Below are positions 13,684 to 26,443 of a stretch of 64,000 nt of DNA, in pieces. The stretch is from Hydrolagus colliei (lineage: Eukaryota). The notes beneath the pieces are model-generated. The model saw only the letters and a list, made by a program, of their open reading frames with translations, was not told the origin of the DNA and searched no databases. The first letter of the stretch is position 1. Every line of letters starts with the position of its first letter. The translations under genes and the position numbers were made by a program. Location: the NCBI GenBank assembly GCA_035084275.1, contig CM068749.1, positions 14,632,001 through 14,696,000 on the forward strand, read 5' to 3'.

Positions 13684-14033
13684 GTAAGTGAACTTATTTC
13701 TACAGTTAATATTAATCCTTCAACTCTACGCCATGCTAGTTGTGCATAATTATCTGTACCAAGTCACTCAATGTATTATCAAAGAGAACGACTCGTAAAA
13801 ACAACAACATTAGCAAAGTTGAAACACCGACAGCAAACAGTATGTGAAAATGAACAATTCATCATTGCCTGTGATACGCATTGCTATTTTGTTTAACACA
13901 TAGATTTCTTTTGACACAAGAAATGTCAAGTTAGTATTAGTATATAAAAAACGTTTCATTTCAGTTAGAAAAATCCAAGTGTTTCAATGTATTACGTGAA
14001 ATTGAGTGTGCCATTATTGTTTTTCTAATCGAG

Positions 14034-14087
14034 GGTGTCGATGGTACCAGTGGCGAGAAAGGAGAAGATGGAGAATCTGGTCAGCCT
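14034..14087 (+). CDS. COL11A1: Collagen exon (~53), GVDGTSGEKGEDGESGQP
   Basis: 54 nt Gly-X-Y, unusual gag acceptor, gtgagt donor. Confidence 0.9.
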
Positions 14088-14524
14088 GTGAGTACTTTGC
14101 TATTTTCCTTCCAAACCAGTTAAAAAGAGAATGCCATTCATATTGCTTTGAGAATGATAAATGTTTGTTTATGTAATACAATCTGATATTCAGTAACTGT
14201 ACATACCTGAGATTGTATTCAAAGTAAATCATTAAATTGAATAAATGGTCCTGTTAACTTATTGTCACATACTCAGGGCAATGTTAATTAAACACTGGGA
14301 CCCATTTTGGACCAGATTTATTCATTTCGATTCCCAAGTCCCGAATGGGAAATGCTGCTGATAACTGGAAGTTAATGATTAACAATATGAAAACAATTAA
14401 TGATTGTATTCATTCTAATCTAATTAAGTCGCACAACTTCACTCCTTTCAAAAGTGTTCACCCTAATTTTGAGTTTATGTTTGAAAATGTTAGGCTGGGA
14501 ATTGCCAGGATTTGGCCAGCGATT

Positions 14525-15055
14525 CACCATTAAACACTAGAATCTCAGGCCATAGTGGCTCAAGGCACAGCCAACGATAGTGGTGTGGAGTGGACGGGGG
14601 ATAAATGGCTGGCCAGAGCCAGTCGGGTGGAGGCAGCTGGTGGTGGAGTGGGGAGCCGTCTATGAGCTTTGGGAAGGGCAAAATCTGGACTGGATGTAGT
14701 TAAGTAGGGAGTGGACTGAGAGGTGTGAGCGAAGTTGGTTTGCAACATTGCATTCCAACACTTTGGCCAAGAAGGGCAGCGATGGATCTAAATTTTGTGA
14801 GGTTGGGAGGGATCAAGGCTAGGTTTTTTTTAAGTAGAGGAGTAATGACAGTGATTTTGAAAAGGTGCGGGACAGTCTGCAGAGAGGGATTGGTTGATTG
14901 CATCAGCCAGCAGTGGACAGAGGAGAGGGAACAGAGTGACGAGAAGCTGGGTGAGGAGGGGGTTGAGACAGCAGTTAGTGGGCGTGATCTGGGTGACGGT
15001 GGGGGAAGGGTGGAGGGAGAGATGGGGGTTAAAGGATTGTAGAGTGGGGGTCATG
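14525..15055 (-). mobile_element. L2-clade LINE internal fragment (start of reverse transcriptase region, frameshifted)
   Basis: ADAINQSL...VPHLFKITVITPLLKK...NLTKFRSIA in ORFs 14830..15054 and 14700..14903 resembles L2 RT motifs. Confidence 0.8.
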
Positions 15056-15524
15056 GTAGGAGGAGAAGTTGATCAAGGAGGTTTTGTAATCCAGATCCCT
15101 AAAATGTTTGCTATCAGCTACTGTGTGTGAAAACATGTTTTATCCAGAGGATAACTCAGCAATGACAACCAGTTAATGTTCTTTGAAAAGCCCCATAACT
15201 TACAAGCATCGTGCAAGTGAAATAAAACCTAGAACTCCTGCCACAGGTGAATTATGGGGAGTAGATGACCCCTGAGACGTTCAATTTGTTTATGAATGTT
15301 GTTCCTGACTTTTCCACAGTTGAATGATAGCTTACACATTCGTATCATCAATTCTGTTTTCCTTGTGTGGAGCTATGGTTTCACTTACCTATAAATACAT
15401 ATTGTGCTTCACACATTTATCTGGAATCATAATATTGTACATGCACAGAAGGAATCAAGACAGAGTGTCAAAAAATATTGGTTTTCTTTTTATTTATATT
15501 TAAAAACATTCTAAATACTTTTAG

Positions 15525-15578
15525 GGTCCCCCTGGTCCATCTGGAGAAGCTGGACCTCCCGGGCCTCCTGGCAAGAGG
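15525..15578 (+). CDS. COL11A1: Collagen exon (~54), GPPGPSGEAGPPGPPGKR
   Basis: 54 nt Gly-X-Y, tag acceptor, gtaagc donor. Confidence 0.93.
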
Positions 15579-15809
15579 GTAAGCATTTTCATTTGATTTA
15601 CGTCCTCTTTTATCATGTTTTATTCAAAGTCTGTTCATTTTTACTGCATGCACGATTCGCATATTGGCATAAAAGGGAAGTCATGTTCCAGTTTTGAAAG
15701 TGAGTGATAATAATGATCAGCATGAACCCACTGGTAAGTATAATGATTGTGCCTCTAAAATGCACAATCATTATAGTGTAAAAAGTAAACTCAGGTCAAT
15801 AATTTTAGA

Positions 15810-16075
15810 TACGTCATGACAGCAGAACATGAGAACATGGGTTTAGAGGTATAAAGGGTACCTTCAAGACAGACACCAAGAAGTTTTATTTTTACGCAGA
15901 GAATAATCAGTGACTGGAACAGGTAGCCAGAAAAAGTGGTAGAGGCCAGGACACTAGCGAGATTCATTTAAAAATCAGCTTGATGCAGTGATAGGAGGAT
16001 GATAAGGTGGGTGTCCGACAGAGTTGAGAACAGATGAACCAAAGGGCCTTCTTTATTCAGAGCAAACTTGGTGAT
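15810..16075 (+). mobile_element. CR1-like LINE 3' fragment
   Basis: agaacatgagaacatg...tttttacgcagagaataatcagtgactggaacagg...gtggtagaggccaggacacta...cagcttgatgc = degenerate RTRGH..FF.QR..WN..VVEA..LD. Confidence 0.7.
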
Positions 16076-19000
16076 CTGTGGCTCCTCTAAACCAATTTGA
16101 CCTGCTCATTCCAAACCCTCACTCCTCCTCTCTGCCCCTACTTCCCTCCCAGCCAGCGCATGACCATTTAAATACTTGTTCTTTATGCAGAGAGAATTCA
16201 TGTTCTTCATTACTCACAGAGAAAACAGTCATTTGGTAAAGCTTCTTGCTGCTAGGTTGGCAAAAATAATATGTACAACATTGATTTCATGCAACGTGAA
16301 GGGGAAACAATGTAGCTAAGGCACTGTATAAATAGAATGATAATCTAAAAAAAAATAGTTTTCTAAGATAAATAAAATGCTTTTGAAGTTATTCTACTGT
16401 AATAAAGATTCAACAAAGCATAAGGGAATTGCATTATGGTATAAATAAGTGTATCGACAAGAGTCCTGTGCATTAGTATTCATCCTGCTGTTCACCATTA
16501 TGGTTTTTTCTCTGCCTTATTGACTCTATGTTTGTTGCTCATCTACCATACACCATGTCGACTTAAGATAGTAACACACAAAATGGAATTTGAGAAGTTC
16601 AATAGCCGGAGGCTGATTATTGTTTTTATGATATGCTGTGCCTGTGATGATGAAATAACAATCGAGGAAATAAGATATGCATTCCCTGCAAATGAAGCTT
16701 TACATTGGCTCACTGACTTGTGGATTTGTGGTAATTGTAATGTCACACACTTTAAGTTAAGAATAAATGCTACATTAATATGTTTTAGCAAGGTATTAAG
16801 CAGTTTCATTGCTGATTCCCATCCATAAATTTGTAAGTCGTTCACTGAAAATGAGGTGCACATGTTCAATAACTAAGATGGTAAAGGTAAGAATGTTGTG
16901 CTACGTGATTACTAATCAATCTCCAATTTAGAATTTTCAATTAACTTTTTATTGTTCGCAAAGACATGCCGTGGTAGCGGTCCTTGTAAAGTGATATTTA
17001 AAGAATCATTTTGGTCACCTTTCTCTGAATCCCTTTGTACTGATTTCATGCAGCATATACTGACCTTACAATGCATAAAAGTACAATGGCTACATTATCC
17101 CATTTGTATTCCAACAATATTTTTGTTTGTTTAATATATTTTTCTCCATTCCTGCTAAGATTGACTTATTGACTCCCATTCAACATGCATTAGCAAATAA
17201 AAAGTTTAATTATGTTAGATTGAAGTATTCCATTGTGATCTTCCTACCCAATGCAAGTAGAACCATTGTCATTATAACACCTTACATAAAATAAAATATT
17301 TATTTTCACAGCAGTACAGAGTTCACTTTAATGGTAGTTTTCATACCATGGGTATGAAATAATATGAAATATGAAATAACATTGGTTTATATGGATATAA
17401 ACCAATGTTTACCATTAATACATAGTAGGGAATTTGAGTTTTGAACAGGAAGATTCAGTTTTGGAAGCTGCAAAATTGTTCAGCAAAATCTGAGTTTTAA
17501 ACCAATCGCTGGAACATTAAATTTGACTTCAAATCTGGCAGATGAAATTATGCAACTCAAATCTCCGTTAAAAGTCTCGATAAGCAAATTTCAAACCTAC
17601 GAGGGCTCATTACTCCTGAGCTCCTCACGCAGGAGCAAAATTTGTGAATTGGGGCAAGGATAGTACAAATAAAATGTATAGTAGTTAGTCAACCATAATC
17701 CTTGTAAAGCATCGGGCAGTACATGTGGTGAATTAAACAAAATGTTCTCGATCATTAGGAGTATTAAAAGGGAGGTTGAGAAAGGGGATTTACAAATCTT
17801 TAATTGACTTTTGGCACAGATAAATTGTCCCATTATAGCTTTATTTTGTTATAGCTTTATTATTTTTCACAAATACATTTAAAAGTAAAATATTAATAAA
17901 AAGGTTTACAATTCCATCTTTCACCTGTGTACAGAAAGCTTTTTGATGAAGGATGGAAAGAGTTTTCAAACAGAAAATAAATTAAGTGTTTACAGTGACA
18001 GCCATGACTCTCACCTGTAACACAATATCAAATGCAAGGATAATTATAATTTCTTCAAAGAAGGAAACACAATGAAGCTATCATTTCTGGGACTGGTGAA
18101 CAATACAACACATTTTAAGGTTATCATTAGAACTACAGTACTTATAACATACCATATGGCAGCATAGAGTGTTGCAAGCAATAAATTGTTTCTGTACTTT
18201 GTAAGAATTCAATTATTTCTGAACTTGATTTTTTTTTTTAAAAACTCACTGCGGGAATACTAATGTCAAACTTTAACAGCTCTATGGTACATATTGGATT
18301 GGAGGATAATGCATTTCAGTAAGTTGGAATGAATTATAGATATCTTTGTGTACTTGAGCTGGCTTGGAGCCAGCCATCCATACAAGTTGAAACTGAACCT
18401 TTTATTCCCCATTATGAAAAATACCATTGCTGTGATATGATGCCCAAATGCTAAGGCTGTTGGTTAAGAGAATAGACAAGTAATGTCCAGTGACAGGTAA
18501 TAGCTATTACAGAAAAATAAGGGTGGGTAACGGTACCAATTACAGTGATATCCATTGTATTATAAGAATTTAAAATATATTTATTCAGGGTGAAATAGTA
18601 ATAAGTTGCAGCTGGTTGCAGCTCTAATCTAATAACAGGCAAAATTCAATACAAATTTACATTTACATAACACTTTTTACTCCTTGGGACATCTTCCCAA
18701 AGCACAACAGTTCTGGCCTGGCACCCAAGGTGGGTTGGGAGGGGCAATTCGCCCTGGCGTTTTTTTTTAGCATAAACCCAACTGCCTCCTTCCCTCCTCA
18801 TAGATTCTGTATTGTCTCCCCATGGACATCATCAGATAAAAAGTACCATCTCCACATCACATCAACAACAGTGAAAATACCGCAGCTTTATGTGTTTAAA
18901 TTGAAATAATGGGGTTTGAAATTTTAATTTCTCAACCAGGGGAAAGAGTTGCAATGCATTCCATTTTACTGGGAGCAACAATAAAAGTATCCCCATATTC

Positions 19001-20737
19001 CTCGTAAAATACTCCTGCAGCTGGTCATACCCATGCAGGCAAATAGCAAAGGAGTTAGGTTTCAAGATCATAAATATCACAATATGACCTTGTAAATAAA
19101 TATTACCTTTAAACACCTTATGAAGGATTTCCTCGGTGGCTCAGTGAGTCGCTTAGTTAAACAGACAAATTATACTTTTTGTAACCAGCGGTAGATTTCT
19201 GGAACTATTAGAATATGTTTGCAAGCTGTTGGGATTTCAAGCAATTAAATATAAAGTAGGCAGTGAGAATACCTCTCACTCATTTTTAAATATAATTTCA
19301 ATAAAAGTCCTCTAATAAGGACTGAGCAAAAGAGACACACAGCATCTAGTTTGATAGTGGTAGCTTATAGCACCTGCTTCTGACTCTCCAGCACAGCCCT
19401 GGCTTTCATTTCATGCATTAGACAAGAAAAAATGGTGCTTGTGTTTTTAAAATTCAGCCTTAGTTTTCAAAGCCATATGTTCTGTAATTTGCTGCAAGAT
19501 TTTCAGGAAACTGCTTTCAAAGTCTGGATAGAATTGAATTAACTTGCAAAATTCTGGACACAGAAATGGTGCTCGAATAGAATAAGCCAAGACCTTGGTG
19601 TTGTTTCTCCCCATATAAGCATTCAATAACTAATTGTCATCATAAAATCTGTATAATTCGTATTCCTTGGCAGAGAGTATGTATTGTTAAAATTGTAAGG
19701 TACAATATGGCGAGAATTAATTGATGTAAGAAATAGGCTGTTTCTCATTTTAGATAATGTACTTTGCTTTTTCTGCAGTCTGCCTGCAAATTTGAAATCT
19801 TTACGTCTCTTCGGGGAAGTGACTTGAATGTTTGATAGCCTTGAGCACTGAGTAATTCTACCAATTTGCTATTTAGTAAAAGTTTTACAGTCTCAACTGG
19901 TCAATTAGTATTGGCTTCTCTGCAGCAGTTAGCATTTCAATGGCGCTGCAACTCAACAGTAAGTGTGTGACAAATAATAATTAACAACTCTTCCACAAGA
20001 AAGAATACCATCTGTACAAAGCCTGTAATCGGCTGTTTTAAAAAGTAGATCTGCTGATTTTGTCATTTGGTATACCTTGTAAGAATGTTAAATAGCAGCA
20101 GTAGTGCAGATTATTTACCATCAGTTTGATGTTGAATATTCAGATATTATGGTGAAATACTCACAATAACCCATTGATAAAAGTAACTGATCAGCAAATT
20201 AGTGCAGTATTTTGACTGCTGTTTACCAAAGTAACAATGTATCTTTTCAATCCCTCTTTTGGTTATATTTATCTCTGGAATTAAACTAGCAAGAAATGGC
20301 AAGGTATACAGTACTGTATAATATTGAATTCATTGGAATTGTACAGAAATGTTGCAAAGTAAATTTTAATCACAGCCTCAAGTAATTATATGCAAATGTT
20401 GCCAATGCAATAGACCATACTTAGAATTTTTTATATTAGGAAATGCTGAATTTGGCCATGGTATGGTAATTCTAACTCTGAAGTGTTCAGAGCAAGTTAT
20501 GTTATCATAGAATCTACACAGACACCCTAGGGCATCTTGAAGTAAAATGATTGATTGATCTAAAGTCAACGTGTTTTTAAAATGCAATGCTATTTCCATT
20601 GTTTTAGTGGTGCGTACAGGCATTCATACCATTTTATTATGTTCATACTGTATTTATTATTACACAGAAGGACATGGAACATCGGATATGAATTCCGCGT
20701 TGTACTCGATTGATATCTTACAATGTTTCTATTTCAG

Positions 20738-20791
20738 GGTCCACTTGGAGCTGCCGGTGCAGAGGGCAGACAAGGAGAGAAAGGTGCTAAG
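20738..20791 (+). CDS. COL11A1: Collagen exon (~55), GPLGAAGAEGRQGEKGAK
   Basis: 54 nt Gly-X-Y, cag acceptor, gtactg donor; visible in ORF 20723..20926. Confidence 0.93.
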
Positions 20792-21192
20792 GTACTGCAG
20801 TATTCCTCAGTATTCTTTGTTTTCCACAATTACACTGAAACGTTGTCTTCGTGCCTTGAGAAATCACAATCGGTATTCCTATCTCTGAACTTGCAGAAAG
20901 TCCACTTATATGTATCAAAAGATTAGAATTCCCTCCTTCCCCATACGCTCTTCCACTAATCCATAGAAAACGTGAAGAAAATTTGACTGTAACTGTAGTG
21001 GGCATGTTCAACTTGTATTGAAAGAGCCACAATTCATATTTGGCCTTATGTTTTTTTTAAAAAGATGGGTTTGAGAGTTTTAACTATGCCAAACTTTAGA
21101 ATTATCCGCAGCTCGGTTATGAATGGTCACAAACCATTGGAAATTAGAAAGATCTGTTTGATTTTGACATCAATTTGCTTTCTTCCTGAAAG

Positions 21193-21300
21193 GGTGAATC
21201 TGGTTCTGAAGGTCCTGCAGGAAAAACTGGCCCAGTTGGGCCTCAAGGACCTCCAGGTAAAGCAGGACCTGAGGGTCTACGAGGCATTCCTGGCCCTGGG
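21193..21300 (+). CDS. COL11A1: Collagen exon (~56), [36 protein letters not shown]
   Basis: 108 nt Gly-X-Y, aag acceptor, gtaagt donor. Confidence 0.92.
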
Positions 21301-21399
21301 GTAAGTACAGAATTGATCACATCCCAAACATTTTTTTTTCACTGGATTTATTATTTACACGAAAACCTAGATTAAGAAATATTTCTTTATCTTCTTTAG

Positions 21400-21453
21400 G
21401 GTGAACAAGGTCTTCCAGGACCACCTGGTCAAAATGGTCCACCGGGTCCACTT
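21400..21453 (+). CDS. COL11A1: Collagen exon (~57), GEQGLPGPPGQNGPPGPL
   Basis: 54 nt Gly-X-Y, tag acceptor, gtaagt donor. Confidence 0.93.
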
Positions 21454-21580
21454 GTAAGTAACGTTGGGTTTTACATTTTTTAAAAACATTTTCACATAAA
21501 TAGCTGATCATTAAATAGATGAGGTTTTCATTCATTTGCAGTGCCATTGTAACGGCTAGATTAATAATTCTGTTGAAACA

Positions 21581-21790
21581 AAATTGGTCAATTCAATTCC
21601 CCACTGTTTGTGGGGACACTCCTGTGCACAATTGGCTGCCGCATTTCACCTACAAAATATAGTCAATTCACTTTACTGTATATTCTGTGAAGCACTTTGA
21701 GACGTGATAAAGTGATCATTCACTTCATGCCTGTTTGTGAGGCATTGCTGTGCACAAATTGGGACATAGTTCACCTGCAAATAACAATGT
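21581..21790 (+). mobile_element. SINE 3' half plus a second core fragment
   Basis: ctgtttgtggggacactcctgtgcacaattggctgccgc...ttctgtgaagcactttgagacg shared with other copies in the window. Confidence 0.8.
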
Positions 21791-23627
21791 ATTTACAAGT
21801 GTAAATAGGATTTACTAATACTTTGTTTTTCATCCTTGTATTCTTATTCCGCTGGCTCTGGTTTTTTATGTTCATCTGAAGACACACTCATTATATGTGG
21901 CTTTTCTACAGCCTGATCTCTCCAGCAGTGTTCGCTCTCAGCTCGTCTTGTCAGTTTATTTCTAACATTTGTTAATCACTCCCAGCTTGTTACCTTGTTC
22001 CAGTCTGATCTCTTTTTTTCTTGCAGTTTGCTCTGATTTCTTGCATGTGGCTTGAGTTTCAAGTTGACTGCAAACCTGGTCTATCCAGAGTCAATCTTTA
22101 TCATCCACCCTACCTTCGTGATGACTTGAGTGCTATTATAACAATAATCCTTGCCTTTGATATAGTGCTTTTCATGTCTTCTAGCCACCTCAAAGCGCTT
22201 CTGCTTCCGTACCACAAAGGTTAGGTCAAAAGAAAAACAATTATAATTTTTATTTACCACTGCAAAGGATTAAGAATTGCAGGCATTTTTGATAATAAAA
22301 CATTCAGCTTGCCCTACAGCCAAATCTGGCCTGTTTTATTTGCTTCCATTGAAATAATATGTGGTTTCTCTTTATCCTTTGTCTGACTGTAGATGCATCC
22401 TTGTTAACTTCTCCAGTAAAAAATACATTAAACCGTAAGAATTCTGCTGAGATTTTAATATTTGGCCTTAACATTCAACAAAGTGGGGGGTGGGGGGAGT
22501 TGGCAAGTGGGTAAATAATATATTCTACCCATTCCTATACTCAGTTTATCTGGAAAGATTATAACAAACTATGCATATTTATCTTTGTAATAAAGTACGA
22601 TGTGTGTAAGGTTAGTCAGTCAGTAAAACTACCAGATTATAAAAAAAAACTCTGTACCATATGCTGCAGAATTTGCATGCTGTGAAGCCATTTAATTCGC
22701 AGCCATCATTTTTTTCAGCAAATGGCGTCTCCACTTGCTTTGCGACCATATATTTTCAAACCAACACTAAGGATTATACTTACCTATTCCATTATTTCAG
22801 CGGTAGAGTTTCATTTATTTATACTTTGTGCAGAAACGAACATATGTCAAACTAAAAGGGCTTACTTAATAAAAGTGCAAATTCTCCTTCCGATCCTGCT
22901 GCAGCAATTGTCTTTTAAGCAATAACCCATTTTCTCACTTATTTCAGTTAAAACTCTGCCACCTGCTTCTATTACTTGAAATGTATGCATTTTTTTTAAA
23001 AGTTTGTAGAATGATTTGCCCCTAAACAAATTAAACTTTCACTCCAACCAAATTAAATTTTACTTGGTGACTTCTTGTTTAGAGGAAAAATGCTTAATGC
23101 AGGTTCTTGCAAAACAATTAAACAGATATTTAGAATCAATTTTGTTACATTCATTCTGCATTTCTCAATTCAGAGAGGCTCTTTTTGGGTAAATTAGTTC
23201 ATACTGTTCGGTGACCAATACTGTTGGTGACCAAGTGATGAAAGTATGTAATCATCATCTAATCTGTTGGTTCTTCAAAAAGCTTAATTAATTCATTGAT
23301 TGTATGTTGGGTTTGGAAAGTGCGAATGCTGTTCTTTGTACTAACTTAGCTAATAAATGTTTTTAAAATGGGTGAAATATTAATTATTGACCAAACCAGT
23401 GATTTATGACTGAAAATAGATCCCTGGGAACAAATATGTCATGCCCATTCAGTAATCAATCTCCATAAATCTATTTAAAATTGATTTGCAGACTTTACTC
23501 TGAGACTCTCTCCTAGGTGAAGGCCACTATTACAAATGCAAGTTCTTGTTGTTGCCATATCTGAAGTTTATTAAAACTGTTAAATGTAATATATATTATA
23601 ATTCTGATATAAACTTTCATTCTTTAG

Positions 23628-23681
23628 GGACCACCAGGGTTGCCTGGTCTGAGGGGAGATCCAGGTTCAAAGGGTGAAAAG
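23628..23681 (+). CDS. COL11A1: Collagen exon (~58), GPPGLPGLRGDPGSKGEK
   Basis: 54 nt Gly-X-Y, tag acceptor, gtgagc donor. Confidence 0.93.
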
Positions 23682-23865
23682 GTGAGCAACTACAAAACCC
23701 ATAGTGGTCATTATTGACTCTCCATTTATTCAATGAAGCCAGAATTGTTCATTTGTTATGTGGCTCCATGAACAAATCTAAGCATTGCCCTGTTTTTATA
23801 CTTATTCATTTCAATTTAATTTGTTCTATGTCATAGTTGTATGACTTTCTCCTGTGGTTCTGTAG

Positions 23866-23982
<117 letters not shown>

Positions 23983-24337
23983 TGATTCTCATTTCAATTC
24001 TTTTTTGCCCAGACAATGGCATCTCACATCAATATTTCCTTGTTGTAGAAAGAAAAATGATGACGACATGTGTCGGACACTTGGCTGTTCAAAGTATCTT
24101 TTAAAAAACTTATTCCAAACTTAGAATTGATCCAAAAGCTGTCGATAATTTTTTTTCCACGTTGACATGTGACTAAAATAAATGTTAACTTCAATATTCA
24201 TACACAAAGAAAAAAAATGTTTTCACCTCAGGATGAGTGGTTGTACGTTTAGTGCTCCAAGATGCTACCCTCGTATGAAGGGCATTTTATAAAACGCATG
24301 TAGTTGTTATTCTTACGTACTTGCTTTGGTTTTGTAG

Positions 24338-24391
24338 GGTATTGCTGGTTCCTCAGGTCCTCTTGGTCCTCCAGGTCCCCCTGGTTTACCT
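24338..24391 (+). CDS. COL11A1: Collagen exon (~60), GIAGSSGPLGPPGPPGLP
   Basis: 54 nt Gly-X-Y, tag/gtaagt. Confidence 0.93.
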
Positions 24392-24524
24392 GTAAGTAAA
24401 CAAAACATTTATTGTAAATTATTATATTTGTAAGGAAATATTTGAACCTTACAATTTAGTTCCATTTGTTAGTTATTCTTCAATGGGCTTACCTCATCTC
24501 ACTCTTTTTATTTCTTTATTCCAG

Positions 24525-24560
24525 GGTCCTCTAGGTCCAAAGGGATCCAAAGGTTCAACG
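24525..24560 (+). CDS. COL11A1: Collagen exon (~61), GPLGPKGSKGST
   Basis: 36 nt Gly-X-Y exon typical of clade-B genes, cag/gtaagt. Confidence 0.92.
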
Positions 24561-24683
24561 GTAAGTGATGTGTTTGCTAACATTTTTGACTGGCTCCAAA
24601 ATAAAAATAAATTTGTGCCCTTTTCAGGACATTATTCGGTTAATATTTATTGCCAGCTGTAATATACCTGTTTTTCTTCATAG

Positions 24684-24737
24684 GGTTTTGTTGGTCAGAA
24701 AGGCGACACTGGGTTATCTGGCCCACCCGGTCAACCT
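24684..24737 (+). CDS. COL11A1: Collagen exon (~62), GFVGQKGDTGLSGPPGQP
   Basis: 54 nt Gly-X-Y, tag/gtaagt. Confidence 0.92.
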
Positions 24738-25423
24738 GTAAGTACAAAATCTATGTGATTATTTTTTGAAGAATAATTGCTTCATGCAGGGTTTGTTTTC
24801 AATCTAACGTTTGAGTGCCACAGCAGAGATCACATTTGTCTGAGAGTCATTGGCATCCTCAGACGTTTACTTGTTGGCTCCACTTACCGTTTGAACACTA
24901 TTTAACACAGCGATAACTTATCTGTTTGCAATAGAAGTGTGACAGCCTTGATCACTATCATCTGTGGTTTCTACTGGTTCGAAATTCTGTTTTTAAAAGT
25001 CAGTTTTCAGTCAATTAAACAGACAACAACAACAAAATTTAATTTTTAGAGCACCTTCCACGTCAGGAGGAAACAGTGGGAACTAGAATCAAAAGGCATT
25101 TAGTGGATTTAAAAGTATACTTTTTCTAACGTAACAAAGTTAGAAAAGCTAGGATCTGTTTGATTAGCTGGGGAACAGTCAATAAAATTAATTTAAAAAA
25201 TAAGACAGGGAGACTGGCGAGGAAGAGCAAATAGGAGATCAAGAAATCTCAGGTCACTACAAACCTCAGGTCTTGGTCTCAAGCATCAATTGAAAAGGTG
25301 TAGTGTGTGAAGCTACACTGTGCCCAACATGCATCTCATCTGTTAAGGAAAATATATTTGGGGTATTAATTTTCTGTTTATCAATGAATACCTCAATTGT
25401 TTGCTTGATTTTTAAACTTAAAG

Positions 25424-25670
25424 GGCCCACCAGGCGAGATTATCCAACCCTTACCAATCCGTTCACCAAAGAAGTCGAGGAGGTCATCTGACATGCAGGC
25501 TGATGAAGCTGGCAATGATCTGGAGTATGGTGATGGCATGGAAGAGATCTTTGGTTCACTGAACAATCTGAAAATGGAAGTTGAACGGATGAAACATCCG
25601 ATGGGCACAGAAAACAACCCAGCACGTACCTGCAAGGACCTGCAGCTCTGCCACCCAGACTTCCCAGATG
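25424..25670 (+). CDS. COL11A1: Joining exon (~63): end of helix, C-telopeptide, basic KKSRR site, start of COLFI C-propeptide ([25 protein letters not shown]...[18 protein letters not shown])
   Basis: 247 nt, aag acceptor, gtaaac donor, phase-1 end; [14 protein letters not shown] motif. Confidence 0.94.
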
Positions 25671-25754
25671 GTAAACACGAGCGGTTTTAAATGGGCAAAT
25701 ATTAATAATCAAGTGATTCAACAACATAAATCATGTCAATATGGAGTCCCACAG

Positions 25755-25972
25755 CATAATGGATAGCTCACTCGCAAGTGAGTGGACCTGGGTTTATTTC
25801 TCGGGCAGGGCAAAACATTAGGCAGGTTTCCTAACCGCACACACTGCTGTTTTGCCAAGCAATAAGTAGGAACCCTTCACGCAAAAAAATTATTTGGTCA
25901 ATTTACAACTGTTTATGAGACGCTGCTGTGCACGATTGGCCACATTTCGTCCACAAAATACACAGTCAATTG
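25755..25972 (+). mobile_element. Degenerate SINE (tRNA head and core)
   Basis: gacctgggttt...gggcaaaacattaggcaggtttcc...ctgctgtgcacgattggc matches the family at 42488/54909. Confidence 0.7.
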
Positions 25973-26330
25973 TAAAACTCACTTAACAATCAAACTAAAG
26001 TACCACATAGTTGATCGAGAATGATATTGGCCTGTTTAACTTTCTATTGCAAGGGAACAATATCCTCTATAGAAATAATGGTCACTACAGTGTTATGAAA
26101 TCTGTAAATGCCGTTTTCATTCAGAGATCTAGGATGAAAAAAAAACTTATCTGTAGATGTTGGCCAAACCCATGATGAACATTAACTATCTATCTAGGTT
26201 GCAAAAGAAGGTTTATTGAATAGAGTCAATTTGTTTAACCACTGGTAATGAATGGACCTGAAGGTGATTTGAAATTGCATTGAATTTTAGTGTTATCAAT
26301 TTAGTTGAACAATCTACTCGTTTTGTTCAG

Positions 26331-26443
26331 GTGAATACTGGATTGATCCTAACCAGGGATGCCCTGGAGACTCGTTCAAGGTGTACTGTAACTTTACAAC
26401 TGGCGGTGAGACTTGTATCTATCCAGATATCAAGTCAGCAGCA
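26331..26443 (+). CDS. COL11A1: C-propeptide exon (~64), (G)[37 protein letters not shown]
   Basis: 113 nt, phase 1 to 0, cag/gtgagt; [14 protein letters not shown] motif. Confidence 0.94.
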
